A DNA stretch of 64,000 nucleotides from an uncultured Poribacteria bacterium (GCA_951813565.1 OX638351.1:739716-803715), one strand, 5' to 3'; positions 17,181 to 27,479 are shown, numbered from the stretch's first letter. Numbers and translations are program-made. Notes: generated by a model from the letters alone, not told the origin.

Positions 17181-19658
17181 CTACTTGAGGATTAGCATTT
17201 TGCGCGTGGCAGTAAAGTCACCGGCGGTGAGGGTGTAAAAATACACACCGCTCGCAGCAGGTTCACCGAGTGCGTTTCTGCCATCCCAATGCGCAGCACG
17301 GCTGCGAGTTTGATACAGGCCTGCACGCTGATGTCCTAAATCTAAGGAACGTACAACATGTCCCTTGATGTCGTATATCGTCAGTGTGACATCGGCAGGT
17401 TTGGACAGCTGATACGGAATCCACGTCTCTGGGTTGAACGGGTTCGGGTAGTTCGCAAGCAGTGCGGTTTCTTCTGGTGTGAACAGTGCCAAGAGTCGCT
17501 CTACAACAGCAATACCCCGCTGGTAAGTGCGGGAGGTGTTTCCCGATGCGCGCGCCTCAGTGAGATATCTTTGGAGTTGTGCTTTCGTGAAATGTGATTG
17601 CACCTGCGCGCGGGCAGCGGGTGCAGCTGCCGCACTGTCCACCGCGGCAGCAACCAAGATGAAATCGTCCACGTTGACAATTTCATCTCCGTTGACATCC
17701 GCAGCATTGCTCCCGGTACGTCCATACCGCTGTGCGACTACAATCAGATCATTAACATCCACAATCCCATCACGGTTCACGTCCTCCTTGACGATTGTGG
17801 GATTAACTGGAGAAAAAATGCCGATGGCTATACCTAATGGAATTTCCAATCCTTGTGTGACGAGGTCTTCGACGTTTGAACCATCAAGGTTTGCGCGCTG
17901 GATTTTATCCGTGCCAGTATCTGTCCAATACATCTTGCCACCCGCCACATCTAACGCTATGCCCCTTGGACTGCGTAATCCCTGTGTAACGAGGTCTTGA
18001 ATGTCTGATCCATCCAGGTTTGCCCGTTGGATTTTATCCGTGCCATAGTCTGTCCAATACATCTTGCCACCTTCCACGTTTAACGCTATTCCGCTTGGAA
18101 ACTCTAATCCTTGTGTGACGAGGTCTTGAACGTCTGATCCATCCAGGTTTGCCCGTTGGATTTTATCCGTGTCAGCATCTGTCCAATACATCTTGCCACC
18201 CGCCACATCTAACGCTATTCCGCTTGGACTGCGTAATCCCTGTGTAACGAGGTCTTGAACGTCTGATCCATCCAGGTTTGCCCGTTGGATTTTATCCGTG
18301 TCAGCATCTGTCCAATACATCTTGCCACCCGCTACATCTAACGCTATGCCCCTTGGAAACTCTAATCCTTGTGTGACGAGGTCTTGAACGTCTGATCCAT
18401 CCAGGTTTGCCCGTTGGATTTTATTCGTGTCAGTATCTGTCCAATACATCTTACCATCTTCTACATCTAACGCTATGCCCCTTGGAAACTCTAATCCTTG
18501 TGTGACGAGGTCTTCGATGTTTGAGCCGTCCAAGTTCGCCCGTTGGATTTTATCCGTGCCAGTATCTATCCAGAAAATCGTCAACAGAGCTTCTCCCCTG
18601 TTTGCAGTGACGTGTATTTCTGTAGTTAGCGCGGTGCCTTTATAGTTTGTGATCGCGCCAGATGCCACACTGAAGGTCAATGCACTATCCCTGACAAAGT
18701 CGGTGCCATCAAAATCAAGTTCAACCGTTATTTCAGTATCGCTGAGGCGTTGCACGGAAGCGGTGTCTACTGCTACGCCATTGATACCGGATACCATCAC
18801 GGCATTTCTGATCGTGGAGATGTCCTGCTCAAAAGCTGCACCAGTAAGGACCAGTGAGACAATGCTCTCATCCAGCGTCGCTTCTGTCAAGGGAGAAACC
18901 ACTGAAGCAGAAACAACTTCTTTAATAGCGGTGACAGTTATTTCTGCAATGAGTTCTTCTCCTATGTAGTTTGCTATTGCCTCTGCTGCCACGTTGAAAC
19001 TGAGTGCAGTATCAGTGTCAAAGTCGGTCCTATCAAAATCAAGATCAATTGTTATTTCAGTATCGCTGAGGCGTTGCACTTTTGCGGTGTCTATCGTTAC
19101 ACCATTGATACCGGAGACCATCACAGCATCTCTAATCGTGGCAACGTCCGCCTCGTAAGTATCATAACTGAGTGTCAATGTGACCACACCTTCATCCAAA
19201 GTCGCCTCTGTTAATGGAGACACAGCTGAGGCTGAAAGCCTTGTGTAACTTGTCGTTCCTTCGTGAATAGCGCCTGAATCTATGCGCACCTCGTACGTAG
19301 TCCCGGGAACAAGACTTTCAATTGTATAACTTCTTGTAGCAGTCTCAACTTCGTTGGGTATCCGATAAAATCTCCAAATCACTGTATAACTCTTATTGGC
19401 TGATTTCCACTCCCCTGGGGATGTTTTTTGCCTCCATTCAAAGAGAAATGTTTTAGTCTCAATACCCGAATGATTCTCCAAATAACTGAAATTAAATGTT
19501 ACTTTTAGCGAAGTGTCGTTATCACCAGGCTCAACTGAGACGATATCAGCGTAACTTGCAGTTTGTGCATTACATATCAATACTATCACCATGAGAACTA
19601 ACAAAGTAATTTTTCGATTCATAACTAACATTTTCATCATAAACTCCTTTGTAAACAT
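17181..19658 (-). CDS. secreted protein: FN3-like, two Ig-like repeats, six YWTD (LDL-receptor class B) repeats, dockerin-like domain, FlgD-Ig/T9SS-type C-terminal domain
   Basis: GKMYWTD repeats; EDVNRDGIVDVNDL and DVNGDEIVNVDDF; LANYPNPFNPETW..SGVYFYTL..TRKMLILK. Confidence 0.9.
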   Translation of the reverse strand: MFTKEFMMKMLVMNRKITLLVLMVIVLICNAQTASYADIVSVEPGDNDTSLKVTFNFSYLENHSGIETKTFLFEWRQKTSPGEWKSANKSYTVIWRFYRIPNEVETATRSYTIESLVPGTTYEVRIDSGAIHEGTTSYTRLSASAVSPLTEATLDEGVVTLTLSYDTYEADVATIRDAVMVSGINGVTIDTAKVQRLSDTEITIDLDFDRTDFDTDTALSFNVAAEAIANYIGEELIAEITVTAIKEVVSASVVSPLTEATLDESIVSLVLTGAAFEQDISTIRNAVMVSGINGVAVDTASVQRLSDTEITVELDFDGTDFVRDSALTFSVASGAITNYKGTALTTEIHVTANRGEALLTIFWIDTGTDKIQRANLDGSNIEDLVTQGLEFPRGIALDVEDGKMYWTDTDTNKIQRANLDGSDVQDLVTQGLEFPRGIALDVAGGKMYWTDADTDKIQRANLDGSDVQDLVTQGLRSPSGIALDVAGGKMYWTDADTDKIQRANLDGSDVQDLVTQGLEFPSGIALNVEGGKMYWTDYGTDKIQRANLDGSDIQDLVTQGLRSPRGIALDVAGGKMYWTDTGTDKIQRANLDGSNVEDLVTQGLEIPLGIAIGIFSPVNPTIVKEDVNRDGIVDVNDLIVVAQRYGRTGSNAADVNGDEIVNVDDFILVAAAVDSAAAAPAARAQVQSHFTKAQLQRYLTEARASGNTSRTYQRGIAVVERLLALFTPEETALLANYPNPFNPETWIPYQLSKPADVTLTIYDIKGHVVRSLDLGHQRAGLYQTRSRAAHWDGRNALGEPAASGVYFYTLTAGDFTATRKMLILK
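17820..18580 (-). repeat. six ~129 bp coding tandem repeats (43 aa YWTD units)
   Basis: TGTCCAATACATCTT recurs every 129 bp; the units are nearly identical. Confidence 0.92.
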
Positions 19659-19715
19659 TCTTTGAAGATCAGGCGCACAAAGTCATCTCCATTTATGAAA
19701 TAGATTGTAGTTGAA

Positions 19716-20663
19716 TTAGTTAACACATTGATACCCAACTGCCTCAAGTTCACTCCGAATTTTGTCTATTTCAGCAGTAGACAACTGACGCAGTGGTCTG
19801 CGCATCGTCATGGATGGAAATCTACCCATCAACCATCTGGCACACTTCATGCGTTGGTGTGCATCACTACTCGGTTCACCGAAGTTGTAAACAATCCGAG
19901 CTAAGGTATCTACCTGATTACGTGCTTTGCGTGCGCCTATCAAATCATTATTGAGCGCGGCGTGTACGACAGCGACCATCAATTCGGGAACAAATCCAGC
20001 AAATCCAATGAGTGCGCCATCGCTACCTTCCAAGAGGGAGGCAAGTAAATATTCATCATGGCATGTTAAAATAGGGACATGTGGCGCTGCTTCTCTCAAT
20101 TGTTCGTAATCCCACCGCCAACGCGCCATGTCGCGGGTGCCCATTTTAATACAAACAACTTGTGGGATTTTCACCATCTCCAACATCTCTTCAAGGCTAT
20201 ATCCTGCCTTTGTCCACGCGGGGTACTGATGCACAATAATAGGTATGTCCGCACCTTCAGCGACATCTTGGAAATAGCCGACTGCGGTTTCAGGTGTTCT
20301 GCCGAAACGCAACCAGTGATGTGCAGGCATCAACAGAATCGCGTCAGCCCCTGCTTCCTTCGCTGCGAGCGCATCGTCAATTGCGGGCAAACTTCCTTCA
20401 GCACTAACGCCTGAAACGACTTTAACCTTGTCGCCAACGGCATCTGCAGTGATTTGGGTTACGCGCTGCCGTTCATGTAAACGGAGCGACATGATTTCAC
20501 CGGTGTGCCCATTACAGACGACACCTTTTATACCTTCTACGTTGGCGAGTCCCTGCATATATTGACGTAAACCGTCTTCATCAATTGATTCATCTGAATG
20601 GAAAGGACAGAGCGTTGCCGGAAATACGCCCGCCCACGGATGCTGCTGCCAATTAAGATTCAT
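19716..20663 (-). CDS. dihydrodipicolinate synthase (DapA) family aldolase/dehydratase
   Basis: CNGHTGE and a Schiff-base Lys in CIKMG. ATG 20663 with SD; the longer ORF starts inside a REP remnant. Confidence 0.88.
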   Translation of the reverse strand: MNLNWQQHPWAGVFPATLCPFHSDESIDEDGLRQYMQGLANVEGIKGVVCNGHTGEIMSLRLHERQRVTQITADAVGDKVKVVSGVSAEGSLPAIDDALAAKEAGADAILLMPAHHWLRFGRTPETAVGYFQDVAEGADIPIIVHQYPAWTKAGYSLEEMLEMVKIPQVVCIKMGTRDMARWRWDYEQLREAAPHVPILTCHDEYLLASLLEGSDGALIGFAGFVPELMVAVVHAALNNDLIGARKARNQVDTLARIVYNFGEPSSDAHQRMKCARWLMGRFPSMTMRRPLRQLSTAEIDKIRSELEAVGYQCVN

Positions 20664-20985
20664 TATGTTATCAATACCTCTCTTTATCACAGATGAGGAA
20701 AATATAAGAGGCGCAATAAATTGCGCGACTACAAACACTTTTTTGTTAATGAAAAGCGATCATTCAGAAATGGTATTATATAAGGATAAGCACGGAATTC
20801 CGTAATAGTTTTCAATTTGACACTATTTTAACTTGATTTTAAATCCAAAGTCAAGTATTATTTTTATAATGGAAAAGGATTTATTATATCTATTTTAGGG
20901 TAATTCAATAACATCGTTGACGGACGATTATGTTTTTCATTGGTGTGTTTTAGGGAGATTTCGTATTGTTACGGAGGATTTTCAC

Positions 20986-21411
20986 ATGAAACAGAGAAGA
21001 CTGAAAATTATCGCTGCCAGTGCCATTTTGCTCTGTGGTTTCGCGTTTTTGGTGCTGTCTATGACTAAAAAAGAGAGCATGCCAGAACTTTCCCCTGCTA
21101 AACTTGTCGCTAATGCGGACAAAACGGATAATCAAAATGTCAAGCTTGTTGGAGTCATCTTAGAGGAGAGTTCTACATGGGATGCTGCCAATACTAAATT
21201 GACCTTTGCAATACGCGAACCTGAAGGCAGTGAGACAGTTAACGTAGTTTACGCTAATCTCAAACCGGACAACTTCACTGATGGTGGCAATGTTTTTGTA
21301 GAAGGCATGTATGATGCAGAGGAAAATCTCGTTGTGGCTACTAAGCTAACGACAAAATGTGCTTCTAAATACGAAGGCGCTGAGAGTGCGACAACGCAGA
21401 AGAGTTCCTAA
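20986..21411 (+). CDS. ccmE: heme chaperone CcmE, CxxxY type
   Basis: N-terminal TM, KPDNF, TKCASKY; ATG 20986 follows GGAGG. Confidence 0.9.
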   Translation: MKQRRLKIIAASAILLCGFAFLVLSMTKKESMPELSPAKLVANADKTDNQNVKLVGVILEESSTWDAANTKLTFAIREPEGSETVNVVYANLKPDNFTDGGNVFVEGMYDAEENLVVATKLTTKCASKYEGAESATTQKSS

Positions 21412-21474
21412 CTAAACTCTAACGTTAGGGATTTTTCGATACATTTCGCAACAGTCAGATAATAGAGGATTACT

Positions 21475-23631
21475 ATGTTCATAGAGGGCCTTGTGGGAAG
21501 TATACAACAGGTGACAGCTGAACTTGGGCAAGCTGCTATATGGCTTTCCGTATTCTCTGCGTTATGGACAATTGGTGCACTCCTCATTGGACTACGTCAG
21601 CGCAATTCCAACGTTGTGCGGAGTGGTCGAAACGCTATAATTGCCACCTTTATCCTCATCAGTATTGCCACTGGCGCGCTAATCTTCGGCTTTGTGACGA
21701 ATGATTTCTCAATGAAATATGTCGTTGAGGTTTCCAGTGCAGCGCAACCGATCCTCTATAAAATCACGGCATTCTGGGGGGCAATGTCTGGTTCGCTCCT
21801 ACTCTGGCTTTGGATACTTACCATTGCTGGTGCTATCGTTGTCTGGCAAAACCGGAAAGCAAACGATACCCTTCCGGATTATGCCCTGATTCCCATCGCC
21901 ATTGTCCAACTTTTTTTCATTATCCTTGTCACTGGCTTAATTGAAGGGATTTACAATCCACTTGATCGATTTCCTGATGGCGTAGTAATGCCTGATGGTC
22001 GTGGGATGAACCCACTCCTACAGACACCCAGCATGGCGATCCATCCACCAACGTTATATATCGGTTGGATTGGTCTAACAGTGCCATTTGCTTTTGCTGT
22101 AGCAGCGCTTATGTCCGGTAGAATAGGAAGCGATTGGATACTCCGTTCTCGAAGATGGATGTTGTTCTCATGGATTATTTTAACTATTGGCATTACCCTT
22201 GGTGGTAATTGGGCGTATCAGGAACTTGGTTGGGGCGGATACTGGGCATGGGACCCAGTTGAAAACGCTTCCTTTATGCCGTGGCTACTCGGCACCGCTT
22301 ATCTGCACTCTGTGATGATTCAAGAAAAGCGGAATATGCTCAAACTGTGGAATATCCTCCTGATTACCTTAGCCTTTCAATTCACCTTGTTAGGTACATT
22401 TATAACCCGAAGTGGGATTATCACATCGGTGCATTCCTTCGCACAATCCGATATTGGCGGGTATTTTCTGGGTTTTATCCTCGCTTCAACTGGGGGTGTT
22501 ATAGCACTTATGGTATACCGCTGGCAACGACTCAAAAGTGCTAACCGTCTTGAATCTCTCCTTTCACGTGAAAGTGCTTTTGTTCTAAATAATTGGCTCC
22601 TTGTTGGATTAACCTTAATTATTCTTTGGGGAACGTTGTGGCCTATTATCTCCGAAGCGATTAAAGGTGAAAAAGCAGCTGTCCCCGAATCCTTCTTCAA
22701 CCAAGTTGTTATTATTCCTGGACTCCTACTTCTCTTTTTGACCGGTGCCGGACCCATTATTTCATGGAAAAAGATTACACCCAACAATTTTCGCCGCATG
22801 TTTTTATCACCAATTTTTGTCGGTTTGGTAGCAGCAGCAGTGGCATGGATATTTCTTGCTTTCAGAGCTACCGCTGCTACTGTCGCAACTGCAGAAGCAG
22901 CTGCTGTAGCGGTTACTGATGTTTCTACACCTAATTTGTTTACGCGGGTATGGGAATTTCTTATTTTTAAAGGGAATTCAATCCCAATTTTTTCAGTACT
23001 CTGTGTTTTTGCCAGCGTATTTGTGATTGTCGCAATCTTTAGCGAATTTTATCGTGGTGCTAAACTCCGAACAAAACGGCAAGAAACATCCTTCCTTAAC
23101 GGTTTGTGGCTTCTTATCCAGCGCAACAAACGCCGGTATGGCGGTTATATCATCCATATCGGTATTGTTATTGTCTACATAGGTATTATGGGGTCTAAAG
23201 GGTATTTTCTACTTGAGTCGGCAAGTCTTAAACTCGGTGAGTCAATGGAGGTAGGTGTCTATCAACTCACGATGATAGATACGTTTCAGGAGGAACGCGG
23301 AAACCACTTCCGGGCGGGAGTCGTTTTTGAGGTTGAAAAAAATGGTCAACACGTGACAACAATGAGACCTGCGCGCCACTACTATTATAAAGCAGGACAA
23401 GGAGAAAAAGATACAATTGAATCTGCTATCCATGCAATCGGTATGAACCATCTCTATATCGCCCTCGGTCCGTTGCCCGCAAATATTGATCCAGAGACCG
23501 ATGTCAACGTCCAAGTTTACCACAATCCACTGATTAGGGTGGTCTGGATCGGTGTTGCTGTGATGGTGTTGGGTGGAATTATAGCGATTGCCCAGAAGTT
23601 CGATCCTGAGCCACGTTCCCAGACAGCATAG
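21475..23631 (+). CDS. ccmF: heme lyase CcmF
   Basis: WAYQELGWGGYWAWDPVENASFMPW, IHPP, TSVHSF. Confidence 0.96.
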   Translation: MFIEGLVGSIQQVTAELGQAAIWLSVFSALWTIGALLIGLRQRNSNVVRSGRNAIIATFILISIATGALIFGFVTNDFSMKYVVEVSSAAQPILYKITAFWGAMSGSLLLWLWILTIAGAIVVWQNRKANDTLPDYALIPIAIVQLFFIILVTGLIEGIYNPLDRFPDGVVMPDGRGMNPLLQTPSMAIHPPTLYIGWIGLTVPFAFAVAALMSGRIGSDWILRSRRWMLFSWIILTIGITLGGNWAYQELGWGGYWAWDPVENASFMPWLLGTAYLHSVMIQEKRNMLKLWNILLITLAFQFTLLGTFITRSGIITSVHSFAQSDIGGYFLGFILASTGGVIALMVYRWQRLKSANRLESLLSRESAFVLNNWLLVGLTLIILWGTLWPIISEAIKGEKAAVPESFFNQVVIIPGLLLLFLTGAGPIISWKKITPNNFRRMFLSPIFVGLVAAAVAWIFLAFRATAATVATAEAAAVAVTDVSTPNLFTRVWEFLIFKGNSIPIFSVLCVFASVFVIVAIFSEFYRGAKLRTKRQETSFLNGLWLLIQRNKRRYGGYIIHIGIVIVYIGIMGSKGYFLLESASLKLGESMEVGVYQLTMIDTFQEERGNHFRAGVVFEVEKNGQHVTTMRPARHYYYKAGQGEKDTIESAIHAIGMNHLYIALGPLPANIDPETDVNVQVYHNPLIRVVWIGVAVMVLGGIIAIAQKFDPEPRSQTA

Positions 23632-24177
23632 GTGATTGCAATGAAAATTATGAATACACGTTCTGTTGAAAAAATTTGTGCCGCTCTGCTATTGGCTGCT
23701 GTTTTATTATTCTTCACTAGTTCTCCAATAGCACAAGAAACGGGTGACGCTTTGACCATTGTATCTGATGATGGTAAAATGTTTGAATCACAATTAGAAG
23801 AACTGCTGACAACGGTTTACTGTTACTGTGGATGTGTGAAAGAAACTATCAAAGCATGTGTCTGCGGGACGGCGCAAAACGTTGAAACCGATTTTCGTAA
23901 TCGATTATCAGGTGGTGACACAGTTGATGCAATTCGCACCGAGTATCTTGAAAAATGGGGGCCTCAATTTTCCGCACTTATGCCAGCAAAAGGTGTCAAT
24001 CTTCTTGCCTATTTGATGCCAGCAGTTATTCTAATTGCTATCGGGGGTGTCATCTTCATTATTCGGCATCAATCAAGCGGAAACAAGATACCCGCAGCGC
24101 AACCCAACCAACAGATTTCTGATGAACTCCAACAAAAGCTTGAATCAGAACTCGAAAAATACAAGGAAGAAAATTAA
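23632..24177 (+). CDS. ccmH: CcmH-like protein with atypical Cys-rich motif
   Basis: Directly follows ccmF; signal peptide, CYCGC-x7-CVC, YLEKWG, C-terminal TM. Confidence 0.7.
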   Translation: MIAMKIMNTRSVEKICAALLLAAVLLFFTSSPIAQETGDALTIVSDDGKMFESQLEELLTTVYCYCGCVKETIKACVCGTAQNVETDFRNRLSGGDTVDAIRTEYLEKWGPQFSALMPAKGVNLLAYLMPAVILIAIGGVIFIIRHQSSGNKIPAAQPNQQISDELQQKLESELEKYKEEN

Positions 24178-24186
24178 GGCGTTGTT

Positions 24187-24540
24187 ATGGTTTTTATTGT
24201 CTTCTTGTGGATAGTTATTCTTGGAATTATGGTTTTGGTGTATGTCACCTTCCCACTTTTTGGTAGATCAGGTATATTCCCAGAAGCTGATCCTACAGAA
24301 GCACGCATGCAAACCCTCTCTCTTGAACGCGAACAGAGTTATTCTGCTTTAGTTGATCTTGATGAAGATTATGAATCGGGTAAACTTTCAGAAAATGATT
24401 ATAAGGAATTACGGGATGCTCTTTTGCAAGAAACAGCTGATATTGTTAGCCAGCTTGAAGCTGATAGCCAGCTTGAAACTGCTGCGAAAACAGATGTTGA
24501 AGCTGAGATTGAAAGGTATAAACAGCAGAAAAGCGGATAA
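24187..24540 (+). CDS. CcmI N-terminal-like small membrane protein
   Basis: TM ending in FPL followed by LVDLDEDYESGKLSENDYKELR; in the ccm operon. Confidence 0.6.
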   Translation: MVFIVFLWIVILGIMVLVYVTFPLFGRSGIFPEADPTEARMQTLSLEREQSYSALVDLDEDYESGKLSENDYKELRDALLQETADIVSQLEADSQLETAAKTDVEAEIERYKQQKSG

Positions 24541-25865
24541 TGAAAATACAGAATAGTATGTTTTTTATTAAAAGGAGTTGCAGCATCTTAAGCCGTGCAA
24601 AAACCGTTAGGTCCCTTAGAAAGTTATTGGTAGTAGCACTTGCATTTCTGTTATGGGTTCCGGTTACGCATTCCCAAAATGAGGTCGGTGACATTCACGG
24701 TAAATTGACCGACAGTAAGCAGAACGAACCTATTGCTAATCATCCTGTTATTCTCAATATCCATAAAGCGGGAGACGTTACACAACAAGAAACGACAACT
24801 GATGAAAACGGCACCTACCGTTTTGAGAATCTGCCAATTGATTTTGAGACACACTATTCACTCTCTACAACCTATGATGGTGTTGAACATACAGAGAAGG
24901 ATTTGGTACTATCTTCACTTGTGCCAAACCTTCTTGTTGACCTTAATGTCGGTGAAGTAACGGATAAGGTGACAGATGACTCATCACAGATTCGGGTAAA
25001 ATCGTATACTATTCTGATTGGGTTAGCGCCTGAACAGCACGCAAAAGAAGGGGCAGTGGCAGTCAATGAGTTTCTGAATGTAGAAAACTTGAATATCTCT
25101 CCATTCCAAATTATACGCGAAAAAGAAGCAGTTGGGTTTAGTTTTGATCTGCCTGAAAGGTCAAAGGAATTCCAACCGCGTAATCCGAAATCCCTAAAAC
25201 GTAGTGCTACCGGCAATTATATCGTCCTTGATGAGCCGTTACCTCACGGTGCAACTGTAATATGGTACGACTACCTCTTTCATGCTAATACCCCCCAAAA
25301 TGCCAGTAGCCTTGAACTTGATTTATCCCGACGAATGCAATTTCGCACGGACGAAATTTCTATCCTTGTCCAAGATGGTATCAACTTAACTCCACATTCA
25401 AAATATTTTAAGCAGACTAAATCTGAAGCGATTAACAATGTGGTTTACAAAGCTTACGCAGCAGTTCGAGGGGTAGGGTTCTCAGAAGGTGAAATAGTGG
25501 ACTTGAAACTGGGAGTACCTAAGCCACAATCCAATATCGGTCAAATGGTGTTTATAGCCTGTGCTGCAGCTTTGGCTGGTGGGTTTCTTGTCGCAGCGAT
25601 TTTCATGCTACGCGGCGCACAACGCGTTTCCGAAGAATCTGATGATGGGCAGTCTGTGTCAACGGACGCAGGCTGGCTTCGTAAACTTAGCGATGTTGAC
25701 CTTGAGCATGCACGTGCCACCAGACTTGAATTTATAACGAGACTTGATGAAATGCACGAAGAACAGAATATTTCGGAACGGGTCTACAACCGATTACGTA
25801 AGGAACAGACTGAGCGCCTCACAGAGATTCTTAACCAACGTCAAGAACGCGGATTAAACAACTAA
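24540..25865 (+). CDS. carboxypeptidase-regulatory-like domain membrane protein, ccm-associated
   Basis: TTTDENGTYRFENL beta-sandwich, TM, and helical tail LDEMHEEQNISERVYNRLR. Confidence 0.7.
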   Translation: MKIQNSMFFIKRSCSILSRAKTVRSLRKLLVVALAFLLWVPVTHSQNEVGDIHGKLTDSKQNEPIANHPVILNIHKAGDVTQQETTTDENGTYRFENLPIDFETHYSLSTTYDGVEHTEKDLVLSSLVPNLLVDLNVGEVTDKVTDDSSQIRVKSYTILIGLAPEQHAKEGAVAVNEFLNVENLNISPFQIIREKEAVGFSFDLPERSKEFQPRNPKSLKRSATGNYIVLDEPLPHGATVIWYDYLFHANTPQNASSLELDLSRRMQFRTDEISILVQDGINLTPHSKYFKQTKSEAINNVVYKAYAAVRGVGFSEGEIVDLKLGVPKPQSNIGQMVFIACAAALAGGFLVAAIFMLRGAQRVSEESDDGQSVSTDAGWLRKLSDVDLEHARATRLEFITRLDEMHEEQNISERVYNRLRKEQTERLTEILNQRQERGLNN

Positions 25866-25878
25866 CATTACTACAACT

Positions 25879-26474
25879 TATCTCATAAACCACTTGTAGG
25901 GCGAGGTCCCTGTGCCTCGCCATGTCTTGAGGATGGAACATCGGGCGGGCACAGGGACCCGCCCCTACAATAGAAGTGAACTTCAGTGCGAACAATGAGT
26001 AAACTCAAAAATCGGATTTATGAGATACACTCTACTATTATAACCTAAGTTTCTACGGACAAGATTTTAAGTTAGCAAACACTGCTTTTTACTGAAAAAA
26101 CAAGGCTTTTTCGCTGATTCTTATGTTTTTTGTTCTAAATCGGTAGCAACTTGGGTTATTATAACCTAAGTTGCTACGGACAAGATTTCAAGTTAGCAAA
26201 TACTGCTTTTTACTGAAAAAACAAGGCTTTTTCGCTGATTCTGGATGTTTTTTGTTCTAAATCGGGGTTAGAAACCCCTCCTACAAGAGCATTTGCGAAA
26301 TAGGTGGCAACTTGGGTTATTATAGTGAAATCTAAAATTACTTTACAGTTCTTTATAGGTTTGATGTGTTTGTAGTCTTTTGTAGGAGCGACTTCCCGGT
26401 CGCGACTTTAAAAACTGTAGAACACTTTGTCCGTGCCGAGTGACAATGTCCAGTTAATTGTAAAATCCACTATA
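25879..26474. mobile_element. array of four adjacent MITE-like elements from three TIR families
   Basis: 25879-26027 (TATCTCATAAA..TTTATGAGATA around a REP doublet); 26040-26159 and 26161-26320 (tandem copies, ATAACCTAAGTT..AACTTGGGTTAT); 26321-26474 (TATAGTG..CACTATA). Confidence 0.8.
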
Positions 26475-26528
26475 AGGCGTATTAAAAGGACAAACCATTT
26501 TTTAGGAATAGCAAAAGGATTTAATAGG

Positions 26529-27134
26529 ATGAGTGATGAACAACGTATTGCAGACTTAATTGAGGATTTAGAGGAATTGGATGACGATATTCGTGATGCT
26601 GCGAAGGTTGAATTGATTGAAATCGGTGAACCGGCAATACCGCAGCTGATTGAAGCACTGGCACATAACCTTTCGGATGTAGCTGACCAGGCAGCCGATG
26701 TCTTAGTAGCAATCGGTGAACCCGTAATACCTAATCTTGTTGATGAGATGGAGATTGCTGAAAAACACCATGCCCTTGCTATCGTCAGTGCACTTACCCG
26801 TATAGGTGAACCCGCAATACCGTTTTTGTTGGAAGTATTAACCCAAAAACCGAGCGAAGAGCTCCGAGAATACGCAGTTCGCGCATTCAGTGGGATGGGG
26901 GTTACGGCAACAATTGCAATCCCTGCACTTATTCAATCTTTAGGCGATCCCGACGATGAGGTTCGGACTTATGCTGCTTATGCACTTTCTAAAATGGGTG
27001 AAGCAGCAGCGGATGCAGTACCCGCTCTCATCAAGGCACTTGAAGATGATTCTGAGCGTGTTCAACATCATGTAGCTTTTGCATTGGATAAAATTGGAAC
27101 TCCAGAAGCACAAGAAGCACTTAGAGCATTGTAG
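26529..27134 (+). CDS. HEAT/PBS-lyase repeat protein
   Basis: Repeated IGEPAIP.L and AIPALI..L.D motifs. ATG 26529 chosen because the upstream extension lies in a repeat element. Confidence 0.88.
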   Translation: MSDEQRIADLIEDLEELDDDIRDAAKVELIEIGEPAIPQLIEALAHNLSDVADQAADVLVAIGEPVIPNLVDEMEIAEKHHALAIVSALTRIGEPAIPFLLEVLTQKPSEELREYAVRAFSGMGVTATIAIPALIQSLGDPDDEVRTYAAYALSKMGEAAADAVPALIKALEDDSERVQHHVAFALDKIGTPEAQEALRAL

Positions 27135-27157
27135 TGTAACGCGAGTTCAATTATACC

Positions 27158-27479
27158 GTAACGTGAATTTGATAAATCCCGTAGGGAATCAACACCGAAT
27201 GCGCCTATGGCATTCGGTGGGGTAGAACGAAAATGGGCAATAAAAAACAGCCTCTAAAAAGAGGTTGTTGACCCATTTGAGGTCTACATTTCTGAAAAAA
27301 TAAGTGAAACCCAACTCTTTAGGACTGTCAAGATGGTTGAATTGTTGGGTTTCGCTTCGCTCTACCCATAGGCGTCAATTTAAGGTATATCCAGCATTTT
27401 TTCTTAAGTTGACAGTTATGGGTTTCGCTTCGCTCTACCCAACCTATTATATTCAATTTAATTATCAAACTCACGTTAC
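27158..27479. mobile_element. MITE-like element with GTAACGTGAGTTTGATAA ends; nested micro-element and cassette with 23 bp duplication
   Basis: Inverted homolog of 44397-44841. Micro-element 27186-27219; perfect direct repeats 27346-27368 and 27419-27441. Confidence 0.85.

Noticed and set aside
17820-18580. Regular repeats resembling a CRISPR array or DGR
   Set aside because: They are contiguous in-frame 129 bp coding units with no unique spacers; no cas or reverse transcriptase gene is present.
27346-27441. 23 bp palindromic direct repeats as a mini CRISPR
   Set aside because: Only two copies; the intervening DNA has TIRs shared with other loci and the repeat sequence differs between loci.
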